This document shows, in pieces, positions 9,388 to 18,113 of a DNA stretch of 64,000 nucleotides. This DNA comes from a virus (Duplodnaviria > Caudoviricetes). How positions within the stretch are numbered: position 1 is the first letter of the stretch; every line of letters starts with the position of its first letter. Location: positions 128,001-192,000 of IMG/VR virus record IMGVR_UViG_3300042010_000129, one strand, 5' to 3'. Below the pieces are notes generated by a model. It had not been told where the DNA came from, ran no database searches, and saw only the letters and a program-made list of their open reading frames with translations. A program made the position numbers and the translations under genes.

Positions 9388-9840
9388 TTACTTGGCTTTC
9401 GCTTTTTTGATTTTAGGCAACGGCGCGTGCGTGTCGCTGATCCGGGTGTACAAATTCCCCTTGGCCGTGCGCTCACAAATAAATTCGTTGTGGTCGCGTA
9501 CCCACTGCGCAAACGCAGAATGCCAAGCACTGGAAATTTTCAGAGACGATAGGCCTTTGTGCGAATGCAGACGGATCATCAAATCGTACAGGTTAAACCG
9601 TATACCGATTTTCAGTTTGCGTGCATACGGAACCAGCACGTCCCACGTCAGGCTGGCAGTATCAACCGGCTGGCGTTCCTCTTCGCAACATACGCTCAGG
9701 TGCTGACGCAAAATGCACTCGACAACATGTTCCAAAGAACGCCCGGAACTTTCCGCACATTCGTGAAGCGAACGTACCACACGCGGATCAAGATCCAACG
9801 ACAGATTTACCGACGTTAATTCCATTTCTTGCCCACTCAT
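9388..9840 (-). CDS. ribbon-helix-helix plus DUF1413-like DNA-binding protein
   Basis: N-terminal LDLDPRVVRSLHECAESSGRSLEHVVECILRQHL fits an RHH. C-terminal FNLYDLM...FAQWV...NLY resembles DUF1413. Confidence 0.5.
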   Translation of the reverse strand: MSGQEMELTSVNLSLDLDPRVVRSLHECAESSGRSLEHVVECILRQHLSVCCEEERQPVDTASLTWDVLVPYARKLKIGIRFNLYDLMIRLHSHKGLSSLKISSAWHSAFAQWVRDHNEFICERTAKGNLYTRISDTHAPLPKIKKAKAK

Positions 9841-9933
9841 TTTTATTGCCCCGTTTTTACAGCTGATCCCACTGCGCGAACAGCCGATCCATTTCACCGT
9901 TGTGGTTGCCCATGGGCACAGCGGCGCGTTGTT

Positions 9934-10125
9934 TTACGGTTCCTGCTGCCAATCGGCTTCGATCAGCTGCACTTTGAAGTTGCGCGCCAGTATTCGGCTT
10001 TCCGCCAAGGTGAATTGTCGGGCGCGTAGTCTGCTTTTGCATGTGTAAACCTTGTCTTCGGTAATCTTGAAAATGTAGGAGCCTTCTGAAAGCCTCGCTA
10101 CATATTTACAGTTTTTGTTGTCCAT
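9934..10125 (-). CDS. hypothetical protein
   Basis: 63 aa, in tandem with neighbours. Confidence 0.5.
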   Translation of the reverse strand: MDNKNCKYVARLSEGSYIFKITEDKVYTCKSRLRARQFTLAESRILARNFKVQLIEADWQQEP

Positions 10126-10384
10126 CTTTGCGCACCTTATGTGCCCACAACAACAGCCCCAGCAACGCCACTTGACCGGCCACTGAAATAATCTGAATCA
10201 GCACGACCAGCACACGCTGCGTTGAACCTGCAATCGACAGATCGTAGGCCTTGCCGAAAAAGAAATTGCACAGGCCCAAGCACACAACCATGATCGCAAT
10301 TGCCAGACGGTTAGACCAGATGGCCCTCGCTTTGCCCTGACGTTCCTTTTCGCGCCGCTTGAGTTCGCGATTTAAATCAACCAT
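10106..10384 (-). CDS. two-TM membrane protein
   Basis: Two hydrophobic segments. Confidence 0.65.
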   Translation of the reverse strand: MVDLNRELKRREKERQGKARAIWSNRLAIAIMVVCLGLCNFFFGKAYDLSIAGSTQRVLVVLIQIISVAGQVALLGLLLWAHKVRKDGQQKL

Positions 10385-11042
10385 TCTTCAGCGCCTCGAT
10401 GCATGTGATACGTGCGTCAAGTGTGCGCTGCCAAACGTATTCCCCGGCCTGCGTGTGCATCACTGCGCCTTTCAGAAAAGCGATTTGATTCGGGATAGCA
10501 TCAACCGGAATGACGCCCATTTCTTCGCACAGGTCAAACATCACATATTGAATGCAGTGCGGTTCCAAACTTTCCATCAGGTCAGCATCGCGCAGGCAGC
10601 ATTCCAAAATGCTCGCCGGTTCAATCGGGAACGCCATGTCGCGGAATTCCGTGCAGCGAATTGCACGTTCGATAATTCCGATTCCAGCCGGGCCGAAATA
10701 ATCATGCACGCATTCAGCGCCACGCAAACCTTTCACCGCGATTTCGATATTGTTGATATCCGGGCCTTTGCCGGTGTGGCCGAAATCGTGAAACAGTGCA
10801 GCGACAATTCCGCGTGCGTAATCAGCCTTCAGGCGCCAGCCGCTGGCCGTCATCAGTTCCACGAAACGCCACGCTACACGGATGCAGTGATCGGGGTTGT
10901 GGTACGCATTGCCGGTTTCGAATTGCGGTTCCTGCACATAACGATAAATCGTGGACAGACCGTATTCTTCGACCAGCGCTTCGAACATCGACAGCCGATA
11001 CATCGCGGCAATGTCGAGTTGCATATTCGGAATGAGGCTCAT
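10377..11042 (-). CDS. HD-domain phosphohydrolase with class I PDE-like motifs
   Basis: AYHNPDH...AALFHDFGH...NN...RDADL. Start moved to MSLIPN. Confidence 0.8.
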   Translation of the reverse strand: MSLIPNMQLDIAAMYRLSMFEALVEEYGLSTIYRYVQEPQFETGNAYHNPDHCIRVAWRFVELMTASGWRLKADYARGIVAALFHDFGHTGKGPDINNIEIAVKGLRGAECVHDYFGPAGIGIIERAIRCTEFRDMAFPIEPASILECCLRDADLMESLEPHCIQYVMFDLCEEMGVIPVDAIPNQIAFLKGAVMHTQAGEYVWQRTLDARITCIEALKNG

Positions 11043-11476
11043 GGGAAAACTCCGATATTTGTGAGGATACCAAATACACCGCCCAGCGTTCCGCCCAGCA
11101 CCATGTAACCAACAGAACGCCAGCCGTGGATTTCTTGCAGCGCCAATTTCCAGCGGTATTCCTGCGTCATGAAAAACCCGTCTTCTACGTCTGGCAGGCA
11201 ACCGGTTTTCGTGAAGTGCTGCAACAGTGGAAGCATGCGCTTAACCTGCCCTTGGGTCAGATGCATGCGCGTGTCGCTGTGCAGGTCGAGGCCTTCAGGA
11301 AACTCGAAAGGCACCCAACCTTTGCCCGCCACACAATGGCGCGTGTTCGATTCGTTAACGCCGAACCAGATAGCGCCCTCGGTTGCGAGACTGCTTTCCT
11401 GCAACGAACATTTAACGCCGTAGCGGTCGTCAAATTCCATCCGGGCCAAACCACGCTCTGTATTTCGTGCAATCAT
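11039..11476 (-). CDS. conserved phage hypothetical protein with C-terminal TM
   Basis: F.D.YG..CSLQ.SSLA...IW.G...TRMHLT..QV..LP.LQ.F..TG, a pattern I recognise as a recurrent phage family. Confidence 0.7.
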   Translation of the reverse strand: MIARNTERGLARMEFDDRYGVKCSLQESSLATEGAIWFGVNESNTRHCVAGKGWVPFEFPEGLDLHSDTRMHLTQGQVKRMLPLLQHFTKTGCLPDVEDGFFMTQEYRWKLALQEIHGWRSVGYMVLGGTLGGVFGILTNIGVFP

Positions 11477-11742
11477 TTTTCGTTCCCTGTATTCAAAACT
11501 TTCGGATCGACACTTTCGAAAGGATTCGGTGACGTACTATCAACAATATCGACTGCGATTCGTGCGCAGGCATTGCCGTCGAGGATCTTGATGATTTCCG
11601 TCGAGTAGGCCCGGCGTGCTTTGTTCCAGCCTTCCTGCCATTCCTTACGCGGCACATCGTCAAACGCCTGCGGATAAACACCGAGATTAATGCTCAGGAT
11701 TTTGTGCAGCGTTTCTGCCAACTGCTTTTCAACCTCAGTCAT
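11473..11742 (-). CDS. hypothetical protein
   Basis: ATGA coupling. Contains W.EGWN.A. Confidence 0.6.
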   Translation of the reverse strand: MTEVEKQLAETLHKILSINLGVYPQAFDDVPRKEWQEGWNKARRAYSTEIIKILDGNACARIAVDIVDSTSPNPFESVDPKVLNTGNEK

Positions 11743-11912
11743 TTTTTAATCTCCACCTTGACCGTGATATCCAGATAGACAATAAACGCGATGAAACAGA
11801 ATCGCGTAAATGCATCCTGATATTTATGTTTGTAAATGTCGGTGATCATCATGACGATCAGCCCGGCAAGCACAACCCACTTCACGGTCTTGACGCTGAC
11901 GTTAGGAAGCAT
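11739..11912 (-). CDS. small two-TM membrane protein
   Basis: Start moved to MLPNV. Hydrophobic. Confidence 0.55.
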   Translation of the reverse strand: MLPNVSVKTVKWVVLAGLIVMMITDIYKHKYQDAFTRFCFIAFIVYLDITVKVEIKK

Positions 11913-12477
11913 TCTGTTCTTCCAGCCGCTGTTCGATCCGGTCTTCTGCTGCGCGTTCTTCAGCGAGTTCACGTTCCAGAATTTCGTCACGCTTTTTCTG
12001 GAATTCTGCCCGCCACTTTTTCATGATCTTGCCACGCGAACCTTCCAGATCATTTACCACGATCAGGCCCGGCCCAACCATACGCCGCATTTTGCGAACT
12101 ACGGCCTTCAGGTCAAACGACCATTCCCGATACATGCCATCGACTTCACCCAACAATTCCGGATCGCGAACTTCCAGAACATATTGCCACTGGATACGCA
12201 TGCGACGACCACGCTTTTTCTGTTCGTCGATGTAGTGCCGGGCGCTGTTGTAATTGCCCGCTTCCCACGCGCACGGTGTGGAATAACCGCCACGATCCCA
12301 TTCCTGAATTTCGAAACCTTCGATGCGCAGCACTGCATCACAATCGCGAAACAGCGGGCGATATTTCGGATTGATTTGGATGTGGTTGCGCTTCCACCGC
12401 CGCATTATCCAACTGCCGTAAATCGGATGGTCAGGCGACACACCCGAAAACTCGCAAACCTTTTCAATTCCCGCCAT
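11902..12477 (-). CDS. conserved phage hypothetical protein
   Basis: MAGIEKVCEFSG...KRNHIQI.PKYR.LF, a recurrent myophage family pattern. Confidence 0.65.
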   Translation of the reverse strand: MAGIEKVCEFSGVSPDHPIYGSWIMRRWKRNHIQINPKYRPLFRDCDAVLRIEGFEIQEWDRGGYSTPCAWEAGNYNSARHYIDEQKKRGRRMRIQWQYVLEVRDPELLGEVDGMYREWSFDLKAVVRKMRRMVGPGLIVVNDLEGSRGKIMKKWRAEFQKKRDEILERELAEERAAEDRIEQRLEEQNAS

Positions 12478-12904
12478 TGAATTTCTTCCTGATAAAATAA
12501 ATTTCGCCGCCCACCATCCAGCAACCGACGATGAACGCAATCACCAGCCCGACGCTGCCGAACAACTTGTAGAAAAACCCTATCGACGTTTGTTCACGCT
12601 TGTCGATGCTGTACGGCCACAAAACCTCAATCGGTTTATTTCCTTCGCGCTCGAATTGGCGGTACAGGCTGTCACCGATGCTGTCACTGAATTTCAGGCC
12701 AGTTTCTTTATCTACAAAATACCCGTAGGTGTTGTAATAGTGCTGTGCTTTGACCTGCGAGTGTTGCGCGTTGGTGTCGATCATGCGCGCACTACGCATA
12801 ACCTTTTCTTCACGGTGCTGGCCGACCTTGTAAAGCTCGACGCTGCCCCAACCCAACAACGCGGCACCGACGATAATTGACCACGCGATAATTCGCTGAC
12901 GCAT
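12464..12904 (-). CDS. membrane protein with N- and C-terminal TM
   Basis: Start moved to MRQRII. Confidence 0.65.
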   Translation of the reverse strand: MRQRIIAWSIIVGAALLGWGSVELYKVGQHREEKVMRSARMIDTNAQHSQVKAQHYYNTYGYFVDKETGLKFSDSIGDSLYRQFEREGNKPIEVLWPYSIDKREQTSIGFFYKLFGSVGLVIAFIVGCWMVGGEIYFIRKKFNGGN

Positions 12905-13944
12905 CACATGAAATCCCCGTACTTGGCTTTCCATTCTGCGTCTTCTCTGGCACGCACTTTTTCACGCAATTCTGCACGCTCTTTCTTTTCGTAAGCGGCG
13001 CCGATTTCTTCCAGCTGCCGTGCAACCCACTTGCGCCCATTCTTCTCGCGCTTGACCAGATAGTTCACAGCGTCTTTATGCTTGAACTTTTTCCGGGCCT
13101 TTTCGTACAACTGCGTGAGACGGTCGGTCGGATTGTACAGGTACTGCATATCGCCCATTTTGTAATCGAGGGCGAAATGGTACGGGCTAGCGCTGCGTTT
13201 CTTTGGCCTATCAATAACAAAACAGTCAACGTTTCGCTTCATGCGTTCGAGCGTCCCTTCCAAATCCATATCGGCTTCGAGGTCGATATAAAGCTTTCCT
13301 TCATGTGCTTCAGCAAATGCCTTCAGCCACAATTCAGAATTCGTGGCTTGGATCGGCCAGTTGCGATTTGTCTTTGCCCGGATTTCCATCGGCACATGCA
13401 TCGGCTGGTTATACCAACTGTTCAAAGGAATTCCACCGTTCAACATTGTGTTGAGCGAATGTAACCCGGTCAGGATTGGAACGCCGGTTTTACGATGGCC
13501 CTTGTACTCCGGAATATTATCCGCAAAACGCTTCGCCATTTCAGCAAGACTTTCGCGCTGGTGTTCCTTTGGTTCGAACGCCTCGAATATACCACCGGGG
13601 CTAACGCTAACCACATCGTCGAACATGCCCGGATAATTCATGTAACCGTGCATTCCCATTTGTTCGCCGGTTTCCCACATGCGCCGCATCACTTCGGTTT
13701 TTCCGCCGCCCTTTGGAAGGTTGGCGCCGATTGTACCGCCGCTGCTTCCCCAGCGCTTGCTGGTGATGCTACTCCACTGCCAAGGCCACAGACGCGGCTT
13801 TGCTGCGAACGCGAATTGACGCGGGCCGTGTACAACCATGTCGCGCATTTCACGCCAAGCAATGGCGGTTTGTTCATCGCTCTTCGGATCTTTGCCAAGC
13901 AGGCCGATGTAATCCGTTGGTTTGTCGTCAGGCCGATTGTTCAT
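12904..13944 (-). CDS. hypothetical protein with fragmentary DnaB/RecA-like motifs
   Basis: TGLHSLNTMLNGGIP and KLYIDLE, plus a separate LPKGGGKT. Confidence 0.5.
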   Translation of the reverse strand: MNNRPDDKPTDYIGLLGKDPKSDEQTAIAWREMRDMVVHGPRQFAFAAKPRLWPWQWSSITSKRWGSSGGTIGANLPKGGGKTEVMRRMWETGEQMGMHGYMNYPGMFDDVVSVSPGGIFEAFEPKEHQRESLAEMAKRFADNIPEYKGHRKTGVPILTGLHSLNTMLNGGIPLNSWYNQPMHVPMEIRAKTNRNWPIQATNSELWLKAFAEAHEGKLYIDLEADMDLEGTLERMKRNVDCFVIDRPKKRSASPYHFALDYKMGDMQYLYNPTDRLTQLYEKARKKFKHKDAVNYLVKREKNGRKWVARQLEEIGAAYEKKERAELREKVRAREDAEWKAKYGDFM

Positions 13945-14116
13945 CGCTCTTCCTTCGCTTGATTTCCAGCACAGCAGCCGAAACTAATTTCGCTCTGCTT
14001 TTTGGTTTTAAATGGCGGTACTCTTCGTTCAAACTTTTAACGATTTGATCCGCCGACATTCCTTTGGCGAGCCGCACCAGCATGAGGTCTACGGCTACGT
14101 CGATTTCTGTACGCAT
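13928..14116 (-). CDS. small helical hypothetical protein
   Basis: 62 aa. Confidence 0.55.
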   Translation of the reverse strand: MRTEIDVAVDLMLVRLAKGMSADQIVKSLNEEYRHLKPKSRAKLVSAAVLEIKRRKSDEQSA

Positions 14117-14118
14117 TT

Positions 14119-14574
14119 TCAGGCCCGCAATTGACGCAGGCGGCTCACACCACGGCGGAAAGTGTCGGTGTAAAACTCGATGCGGTAAGGACGTTCTAGC
14201 ACCGTGAAGGCGTCGTAGAAGTCGATAGCCGGGCCGTCTTCGTCACAGGACAGAGGCAGCGTAATGTACGGGCACTGATCATGGCTGGAACTGATCTTGA
14301 AAGAAATCGCTTTTTCGATTTCACGAATTGCGATTTCGATCAGTTCTTCAATCGAATCGCTTTTGTGTTCCTTGCCGTCGAAGAAGAAATGGTAGGTGCC
14401 GTTTTTCGTGTTGTACGCCAGATATTCTTCTTCGGTGCAGGGGAACGTAGCATGCAGCAACGTCGGCACAATACTCATGAAAAACTGGCCGGGGAATTTC
14501 AACAGGGTTTGCACAGGAATCATACGGTTCTCACTTTTCGTTGTATTCACGGGTACGTTTTTTGATGTGTTCAC
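14119..14574 (-). CDS. hypothetical protein
   Basis: The start may be the internal MIPVQ. Confidence 0.6.
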   Translation of the reverse strand: MNTSKNVPVNTTKSENRMIPVQTLLKFPGQFFMSIVPTLLHATFPCTEEEYLAYNTKNGTYHFFFDGKEHKSDSIEELIEIAIREIEKAISFKISSSHDQCPYITLPLSCDEDGPAIDFYDAFTVLERPYRIEFYTDTFRRGVSRLRQLRA

Positions 14575-15046
14575 GACTCAATTTCCAAATATCTTGGTCG
14601 CGCATTGAGTCACGGAATTCGGTGGTCATCAGGCCGTACATATCCGAGCCTTGACCTTTGCTGTTTACTGCCCAGTCCGAATTACCTTCCATCACGTGCG
14701 ACAGGCGCCCGGTGGTTTGCATAAGTGCGTGCAGGCGTCCGGGGTTTTGCAAATACGCTTCACGGATCGCAATGCGCATTGTGTCGATGCGTTTGGTCTG
14801 GTGGTCTTCGCGCTTTTTGCCACCGGCCTTTTTCGAAGCGTGGTATTTCGCTTTGTACGGACAGTAGGCGTCGAGGATCTTTGTCCGCAATTCTTTTTCA
14901 GAAACGTCCAGCGAATAAAACTGGTACATCTGTTCGATGGATTTGAACAGGCGTTTCTTGTAGTAGAACGGTGAAGGCCACATGGCGCTCCACATCGGAT
15001 TTTCATACGAGTTAAACGGTGTGGTCTTTACTGCTTTCTTCGCCAT
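14531..15046 (-). CDS. NADAR (YbiA-like) ADP-ribosylglycohydrolase family protein
   Basis: F.YKKRLFKSIEQMYQ...P.KAK...IDTMRIAIREAY.QNP...L.QT...L...SDW...G.G.DMYG fits NADAR. Start uncertain (15046 or 15136). Confidence 0.72.
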   Translation of the reverse strand: MAKKAVKTTPFNSYENPMWSAMWPSPFYYKKRLFKSIEQMYQFYSLDVSEKELRTKILDAYCPYKAKYHASKKAGGKKREDHQTKRIDTMRIAIREAYLQNPGRLHALMQTTGRLSHVMEGNSDWAVNSKGQGSDMYGLMTTEFRDSMRDQDIWKLSREHIKKRTREYNEK

Positions 15047-15233
15047 CTTTTTTAGAACCGTATGGGCAAGGTAAGTGAACGCGTTTGAGCATTGCGCGGG
15101 CTTGGTCAGCGGAAACGTATTTGATTCCGTTTTCATCCATGTATTCGGTGGCTTCGCGTGGCCGAATTCGAATTACAGTTGTAGCGCCGGGCCACGTGCA
15201 AGGATCAGGGCCTTCCTCACGAATTTTAATCAT
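15012..15233 (-). CDS. hypothetical protein
   Basis: 73 aa, ATGA-coupled to the upstream gene. Confidence 0.45.
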   Translation of the reverse strand: MIKIREEGPDPCTWPGATTVIRIRPREATEYMDENGIKYVSADQARAMLKRVHLPCPYGSKKDGEESSKDHTV

Positions 15234-15502
15234 CGCGTTTTCCTTTCGACAATTTCAATCAGCACGAACTGCGCATCGCCTTCATGCGTAGTCATCCAGT
15301 GGTCGAGTTTCTGGTAAGCCAAATCGCGATCAGTGAAAAACGGTTGGCCCAAATGGTTTTGATTCAACGGTTCCGGATTGATGTGATTTTTATCACGGTC
15401 GATAATGACCATTTTATCCGGATCAACCAGACGTTCACCTCTTTGGGTATCCTGCAAAATGCGCCAGACATACCGCGCTTTAATGTTTGTGAAATAACGC
15501 AT
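15230..15502 (-). CDS. hypothetical protein
   Basis: 90 aa. Leader repeated at 42884. Confidence 0.65.
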   Translation of the reverse strand: MRYFTNIKARYVWRILQDTQRGERLVDPDKMVIIDRDKNHINPEPLNQNHLGQPFFTDRDLAYQKLDHWMTTHEGDAQFVLIEIVERKTR

Positions 15503-15518
15503 CTTTCATTGTCCCTAA
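15500..15518 (-). repeat. 19-nt leader repeat TTAGGGACAATGAAAGATG, copy 1
   Basis: Identical to 42884..42902. Confidence 0.85.
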
Positions 15519-15520
15519 GT

Positions 15521-15542
15521 GGGATGCCCCGAAGGGCACCCC
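15521..15542 (-). terminator. GC-rich UUCG hairpin (weak terminator or 5' stabiliser)
   Basis: GGGGTGCCC-TTCG-GGGCATCCC, with only ACTT after it. Confidence 0.55.
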
Positions 15543-15548
15543 GTGCTT

Positions 15549-16199
15549 TTAGTCGCAACCACCGGGGCTGCTGTCGTTGTTGTTCGACGGCGAATCATAG
15601 CTCTCAGAACGGCTAGGCGACGAATAGGATTCGCTGCGGCTCGGTGCAGGCTCAGGCGCAGAATAAACCGGGCTGCATTGCTGTGCAGTGTGGCTAGGCG
15701 AACCGGGATAACCTTCGGTTGCCTGTACTTGCGGAACTTCCACCACGTGCGCCCGGAAATCCGAATCGACTACTGCAAAAGCGGTAGCCGTAAGCAGAGC
15801 GCTGTTGTCTGGTTGGGAACTTTCCAGCGGTTCGCGATCATTACGGCGACGGCGATTCAAATCGCTCGCCATATCACCAGAACGCACGTCGGACTTTGGG
15901 CCTTGGGTTTGCCCGTGTCCGTGCGTGCCTTTCACTTGGTACGGCAAATTGTCAGCGTGTGCAGCGCCAGACAAAACAGCAATGCGATTGCGGCATTCGT
16001 CCAGCTTCTGATCCCGCTCTGCAAGTTTGCGCACGTAGTCGCGATTTGCAGCCTGCAATTGATGCACTTCGTTTTCCAACGTCACGCGATCTTTTTGCAT
16101 TTCTTTTTGGCGCGCAACGAACGCTTTCCATGCCTGCGTGTTGAACAGTACGTCGTACCAGCAAAACGATTTTACGAATACGCTCATTGTGCGTTCCAT
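15549..16199 (-). CDS. coiled-coil protein with Ser/Asp-rich low-complexity tail
   Basis: SRSESYSSPSRSESYDSPS...GGCD tail. Confidence 0.65.
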   Translation of the reverse strand: MERTMSVFVKSFCWYDVLFNTQAWKAFVARQKEMQKDRVTLENEVHQLQAANRDYVRKLAERDQKLDECRNRIAVLSGAAHADNLPYQVKGTHGHGQTQGPKSDVRSGDMASDLNRRRRNDREPLESSQPDNSALLTATAFAVVDSDFRAHVVEVPQVQATEGYPGSPSHTAQQCSPVYSAPEPAPSRSESYSSPSRSESYDSPSNNNDSSPGGCD

Positions 16200-17026
16200 C
16201 CGAGGTTAGCGAACAAGTCTTCACCGATTTCATAATCGGCGTCCAAACTGTTCAGGTGTTCAGCGAAAAGTTTCGACCAGTTTTCCAGTTCAACGCCCGG
16301 ATAAACCGAGGCGAAATCACGCAGTGCAACAGGCGGAATAAAATCGACGCCTTTTTCACGCGATCCAACAGTAACGCCTTTGCGCAGACGCAGACGCAGT
16401 GCGACCGCCACATGCAAACGACCGACGTTATCAGTTGCATCGAAAATCAAACCTTCGAAGTGCAGCGAAGCCAGATGCGCCAGACTGTGAACAGTGGCGA
16501 TCAAACGTTCTGCGGGTGTGCCTTCGTTTTCCCACGCGACGAATTTCTCGCCGTTGACGAACCACGTCATTTCTTCGAACGCTTCACGCATCACGTTGTA
16601 AAGCAGCGTGGCGTATGCGTCGATAACGCTGGTCGGAATACCGCCCGCATTGATTACGGTTTTTACGTCGAGGAAATCGGTATGTCCACCGGGGCACAGC
16701 GAGCCACGGCCCTGCAAATCCGATTCGCCGTTACCTTCCCGCGCACGCATGTACGGATTCACTACCGGCTGAAATGCTGGCGTGCCGTGTTCTTCGACCG
16801 TGAAGTAATTCAGCCACTGCGCATAATCGCGGTTGCCTTTGTACGACTCGCCCCAGTGCAGGGATTCGTCGAGGTCTTCACGCTGGCCGATAATCAGACC
16901 GCGTTTGGTCAGGTTCAGGAATTGTTGAAAATCAACTTTCACAAAACCTTTGCCACCCAAACCGAGTTGCGGAATGTCTTGCAAAACTTTGCGGCGAATT
17001 GCCACGATAGATTCTGGATATTTCAA
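16184..17026 (-). CDS. Nudix-fold phosphoesterase (COG4112-like)
   Basis: Y.RA..G.GE..L.G..S...GGH.D...MREAFEE...G.I.D.T..VG.LH.AV. TTG start after AGAGGA. Confidence 0.72.
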   Translation of the reverse strand: MKYPESIVAIRRKVLQDIPQLGLGGKGFVKVDFQQFLNLTKRGLIIGQREDLDESLHWGESYKGNRDYAQWLNYFTVEEHGTPAFQPVVNPYMRAREGNGESDLQGRGSLCPGGHTDFLDVKTVINAGGIPTSVIDAYATLLYNVMREAFEEMTWFVNGEKFVAWENEGTPAERLIATVHSLAHLASLHFEGLIFDATDNVGRLHVAVALRLRLRKGVTVGSREKGVDFIPPVALRDFASVYPGVELENWSKLFAEHLNSLDADYEIGEDLFANLGWNAQ

Positions 17027-17043
17027 AACGGTGTTCCTCTAAA

Positions 17044-17091
17044 GGTAGGGCCTGCCCGGATTGGACAAGCATCCTACCCCTAGTATTTACA
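17044..17091 (-). promoter_or_regulatory. TGTAAATAC motif followed by a hairpin upstream of the RBS
   Basis: TGTAAATAC-TAG-GGGTAGG ATGCTTG TCCAATC CGGGCA GGC CCTACC-TTTAGAGGA. Confidence 0.5.
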
Positions 17092-17097
17092 GTTTAA

Positions 17098-17613
17098 TCA
17101 GGAACGACCGCCAAGCTTCAGCGACAGGCCCGCATAGCGCAAACGAACGTCAGGCCCTGCGAATACATCGGCAAACGCGTCACCGGTTTCAACCGTGAAC
17201 GGAACGACCATACCAGAAGCGTTCGTGCAGGACAGGCGGAACGTGCCGTGCAAATCGGCGTACACCCAAATTTCATCGTCCGGGCGTTTTGCAGCAAACT
17301 TCTGAATCTCTTTGATCTTTTCGGAATGATCCCCGATGGTCGCAGCAGGAGAAACAGAAACCAATTCGAAGCGGCCTTCGAAATCCGTAACGAATTTACG
17401 ATAATGTTCGTCGTTGCCGAAATACTGCGTGAAGCGCAACCACAACGACGCCGGATTCATTTCGTCTTCCAGATACAGAAACGAAATCGGGCGCGGTTCC
17501 GATCGGTGACGTTCTATCATCATGTCGGTGTATAGGCCACCCATGACGGTGTTGGTTACACCCGCACCGGGGCGCGATTGTGCAGCGATCATTTCGGGAA
17601 AAACGTATTTCAT
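17098..17613 (-). CDS. degenerate RecA/DnaB-fold protein (Walker A Lys absent)
   Basis: AQSRPGAGVT (compare AARPxxGKT), then FLYLEDEMNPASLWLRF (compare VLFFSLEM..EQL..R). Confidence 0.55.
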   Translation of the reverse strand: MKYVFPEMIAAQSRPGAGVTNTVMGGLYTDMMIERHRSEPRPISFLYLEDEMNPASLWLRFTQYFGNDEHYRKFVTDFEGRFELVSVSPAATIGDHSEKIKEIQKFAAKRPDDEIWVYADLHGTFRLSCTNASGMVVPFTVETGDAFADVFAGPDVRLRYAGLSLKLGGRS

Positions 17614-18110
17614 TGTGGGCGTCCTACGCGACGATCTACGGAACCAGCGAAACGAACCAAACTCGGTGCGTCCATCGCCAGCGTTACGATTTCAATTTCG
17701 ACATTCGGATTATCGAAAAGGAAATTTTGGAAATCTGCGTCCACGTCCGCGTCGATAAAATAAACGTGGGGCAGTGTGCCGGAAACACGCACCGACATAT
17801 CGTGTTTCAGATCCATGTAAACATGCAGCGGTTTATCCGGGTGCTGCTGCGCAACCGCTTTCATCTGGCCCATGATGTACGACACGTGATGCACTGTGAA
17901 AACTTTCACCGTGTCGATCATGTCAGCAATACGACCGGCGCCTTCTTTTTCTTGCAGCTTTTTCAGCAACGACAAACCATTTTCTTCTGCCGAGAAATAC
18001 AGGAATTGACGCCCGTCGCGGTAGCGGTCGAAATGGTGACGCAGATGCGAGAACGCAGCAGAAGAACTTCCACAGCCGGTCATTGCAAATGTCAAAAGTT
18101 TAGGCAGCAT
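17610..18110 (-). CDS. degenerate RecA/DnaB-fold protein (Walker A Lys absent)
   Basis: TFAMTGCGSS followed by QFLYFSAEE...SLLKKL. Confidence 0.55.
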   Translation of the reverse strand: MLPKLLTFAMTGCGSSSAAFSHLRHHFDRYRDGRQFLYFSAEENGLSLLKKLQEKEGAGRIADMIDTVKVFTVHHVSYIMGQMKAVAQQHPDKPLHVYMDLKHDMSVRVSGTLPHVYFIDADVDADFQNFLFDNPNVEIEIVTLAMDAPSLVRFAGSVDRRVGRPQ

Positions 18111-18113
18111 TTT

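Noticed and set aside
10101-10112. Further TGTAAAT hits (10104, 30662, 32221, 46385, 60830, 62046) as promoters
   Set aside because: They are explained by stop codons (CTG TAA), TAA/ATG overlaps or coding sequence.
13690-13740. Terminase or helicase call from LPKGGGKT
   Set aside because: No matching Walker B or nuclease domain follows, so the motif alone is insufficient.
15560-15650. SRSESY duplication as a DNA repeat element
   Set aside because: It is a short protein low-complexity repeat with synonymous differences.
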